A stretch of DNA of 63,699 nt, filler included, from Nemertoderma westbladi (taxonomy: Eukaryota; Animalia; Xenacoelomorpha): assembly GCA_032718475.1 (NCBI GenBank). It is 3 parts of 3 records of this genome, joined end to end, with 100 filler letters (N's around TTAATTAATTAA, not from the genome) between each part and the next. Parts side by side here need not be neighbours in the genome. Positions count along the whole stretch, not along the records: positions 33,976 to 63,699 come from JAUCBJ010005989.1; 2 more parts are not named here. The stretch is one strand, 5' to 3'. The notes beneath the pieces were generated by a model. The model had not been told where the DNA came from. It worked only from the letters and a program-made list of their open reading frames with translations, and did no database searches. This document shows, piece after piece, positions 61,867-63,699 of this stretch (within the stretch, counting starts at the first letter, position 1; each line of letters starts with the position of its first letter). Made by a program: the position numbers and the translations under genes.

Positions 61867-62540
61867 TCAACCTAACCAATCCCACAGCATCTGTGCCATA
61901 TTGAAAGGCTACCTACCACCACCACTAACATTATATACTGTGCGTTTTTATTATAATAATTATTGATTATTACACACAACCCTATGATTCATATTCTTTC
62001 ACGTATTTCCTATTCAGGCAACCAACCATTCATCCACGTTGCAGCTCATCTATTTTCTTATTCGTTGATGATTATGACACGTCCCACATCTTCTTCGTTG
62101 ACTACGTGCCACATCACAAATTTATATATATAACTGAATGCTTTTAATAAAATTCATCACTTGTAATCTTATTCATGGTAATATATTGATACCATATCTA
62201 ATTTTTTTGTTCTCACTCTGACATTGTGTTTTTTTTTTTTCCTTAATAATTTATACATTATCTTACTCGTTGTATATTCGTTGGTCGGAAAACGACGCCA
62301 CATAAAATGATACTGATTCCAGCATTGGGTATCGACCTAAAAACGAAAATCTGAGCTACGTGTCTCACCCAATTTTTGTTTTTGTGTCGATACCTAATGT
62401 CGAACTCAGCAACATTTTTATCAGGCGTTGTCTTCCGACCAAACACAATTTTAGAGTGAGAACTTTATGGTGTCAATTTATTACAGCGATACGGTTTAAA
62501 ATTTATCACTCGTAATATTTTTCGTATTATTATTATTATT

Positions 62541-63572
62541 ATGGCCTTAACGCAAAAAACCAGAGCAACAAATAGCTGGAAATTTACTTACAATAAATAT
62601 ACTTGTACCGTCGTTCGCAGCAAGTATTTTATTGTGGAATCTCAGGACAACGAATCAATTTGTTTTTCCTATCAAGATACCCGCTATTTACTAGACATTC
62701 TAGAAACAACCAACAACAACAACCAACATCAATCCAGACCAGCAATTTGGAAAATATATTCCACTCTTCGTTTTGCGCGGGGAAATTTGAATATTTCCAT
62801 CAACCCCACGTCGGGTGATGTTTACGTTCAGAAACAGGGCAAATACAAAGTCCTCAACAAAGCTTTTACTGAAGTTCTAATACAATACAGAGGGAAATTA
62901 TTGCAATTTCTCTCACCACCGCTAGAGATTATTAGCGATCAATTCTACATTGAATTATCAAATCCAGAGTTTATTGGATTTGTAACAACTTTTAAAGGAA
63001 CCATCTATGTTGGCTTATGGAAAATCAGCCTCAAAGACGCTGATAGTGTTGGTTTTAACTATTATACGGGTTTCAATTTGTCAAAACAGGAACTAACTGT
63101 TTTGTTGCGAGAGTGGGACAACCAAGTCGATGAAACAGATAAGCATCTTTTTGATAAAAATATCATTCAATTATCAGACCGACTCAAAATGATTAAAATC
63201 AATAATAAAAAAATTATTATCAGCAACACCGATAATCCTACTGAAGTAGGTGTCGACGGAAATTCTATCGAGTTGCATTACTTGAATGATAAAGCTCATA
63301 TTAGTTTTCTCAATGAATCGATGGATGGCGTCTCTCTTACTGAATCCCATGTTGATGGTTTTGTCCTTTTGGATAAACATAAAGCTTTCGTAGAGATCCC
63401 ATCACCTAATCCGGATGTTGAAGAGAGCTGCTCTCAACCGCAACAGGTCTTTCCTGAAATATTACCTCGGAAGCCAAGATCATCGAGTAAATTAACCAAC
63501 GCATCACCTGCAAAGAAACAGAAAGTTGTCAGTAATCCAGTTCTAGTAGAGCCTGTTACTAATTCTCCATGA
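62541..63572 (+). CDS. Intronless 343-aa protein of unknown function with PC4-like ssDNA-binding motif(s) and a basic NLS-like tail
   Basis: Complete ATG-to-TGA ORF of non-repetitive sequence in AT-rich DNA. FVTTFKGTIYVGLWK...TGFNLSKQELTVL resembles the PC4 pattern V..FKG...IDIR....KGISL..EQW..L; PAKKQK near the C-terminus. Confidence 0.6.
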   Translation: MALTQKTRATNSWKFTYNKYTCTVVRSKYFIVESQDNESICFSYQDTRYLLDILETTNNNNQHQSRPAIWKIYSTLRFARGNLNISINPTSGDVYVQKQGKYKVLNKAFTEVLIQYRGKLLQFLSPPLEIISDQFYIELSNPEFIGFVTTFKGTIYVGLWKISLKDADSVGFNYYTGFNLSKQELTVLLREWDNQVDETDKHLFDKNIIQLSDRLKMIKINNKKIIISNTDNPTEVGVDGNSIELHYLNDKAHISFLNESMDGVSLTESHVDGFVLLDKHKAFVEIPSPNPDVEESCSQPQQVFPEILPRKPRSSSKLTNASPAKKQKVVSNPVLVEPVTNSP

Positions 63573-63699
63573 AAACCTGATTATTATCCTAACATGTAAG
63601 CCTAATCATAAGTTAAACTCTTTGCGGTTTCCAATAGTCATAAACGATTGGTGATTGGTTTAAAATTATTTCCCTCACTAGCATATAAATGTTTAGATG

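Overview
AT-rich, repeat-dense animal (metazoan) genomic DNA in three segments separated by two 100-nt artificial spacers (N-run/TTAATTAATTAA/N-run at 12739-12838 and 33876-33975), so adjacency across the spacers is not evidence of linkage. Host genes, all in the middle segment: an uninterrupted, 5'-incomplete SARM1-family NADase ORF (ARM-SAM-SAM-TIR, 12840-14759, +); a four-exon FLYWCH zinc-finger gene on the minus strand (23510-26316) that the ORF track misses and that I assembled by hand; and two ankyrin exons (ZU5-B/UPA, 28637-28802 and 30221-30449, +). SARM1 and the FLYWCH gene appear to lie inside one large ankyrin intron. About 40% of the window is tandem arrays (units of 17, 49, 20, 44, 38, 17, 18 and 38 bp), several of which start exactly at a gene end, a splice donor or a retroelement tail. 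Mobile DNA includes a young 5'-truncated CRE-like retrotransposon (restriction-like endonuclease) inside a 38-bp satellite, two related LINEs (one at the symmetry axis of a foldback MITE), RTE-clade LINEs, a decayed Ty3/Gypsy pol, and TA- and TTAA-flanked MITEs. An intronless 343-aa orphan ORF with PC4-like motifs lies at the right end. Most long ORFs in the supplied track are translations of tandem repeats. All family assignments come from motif recognition by eye; no searches were run.
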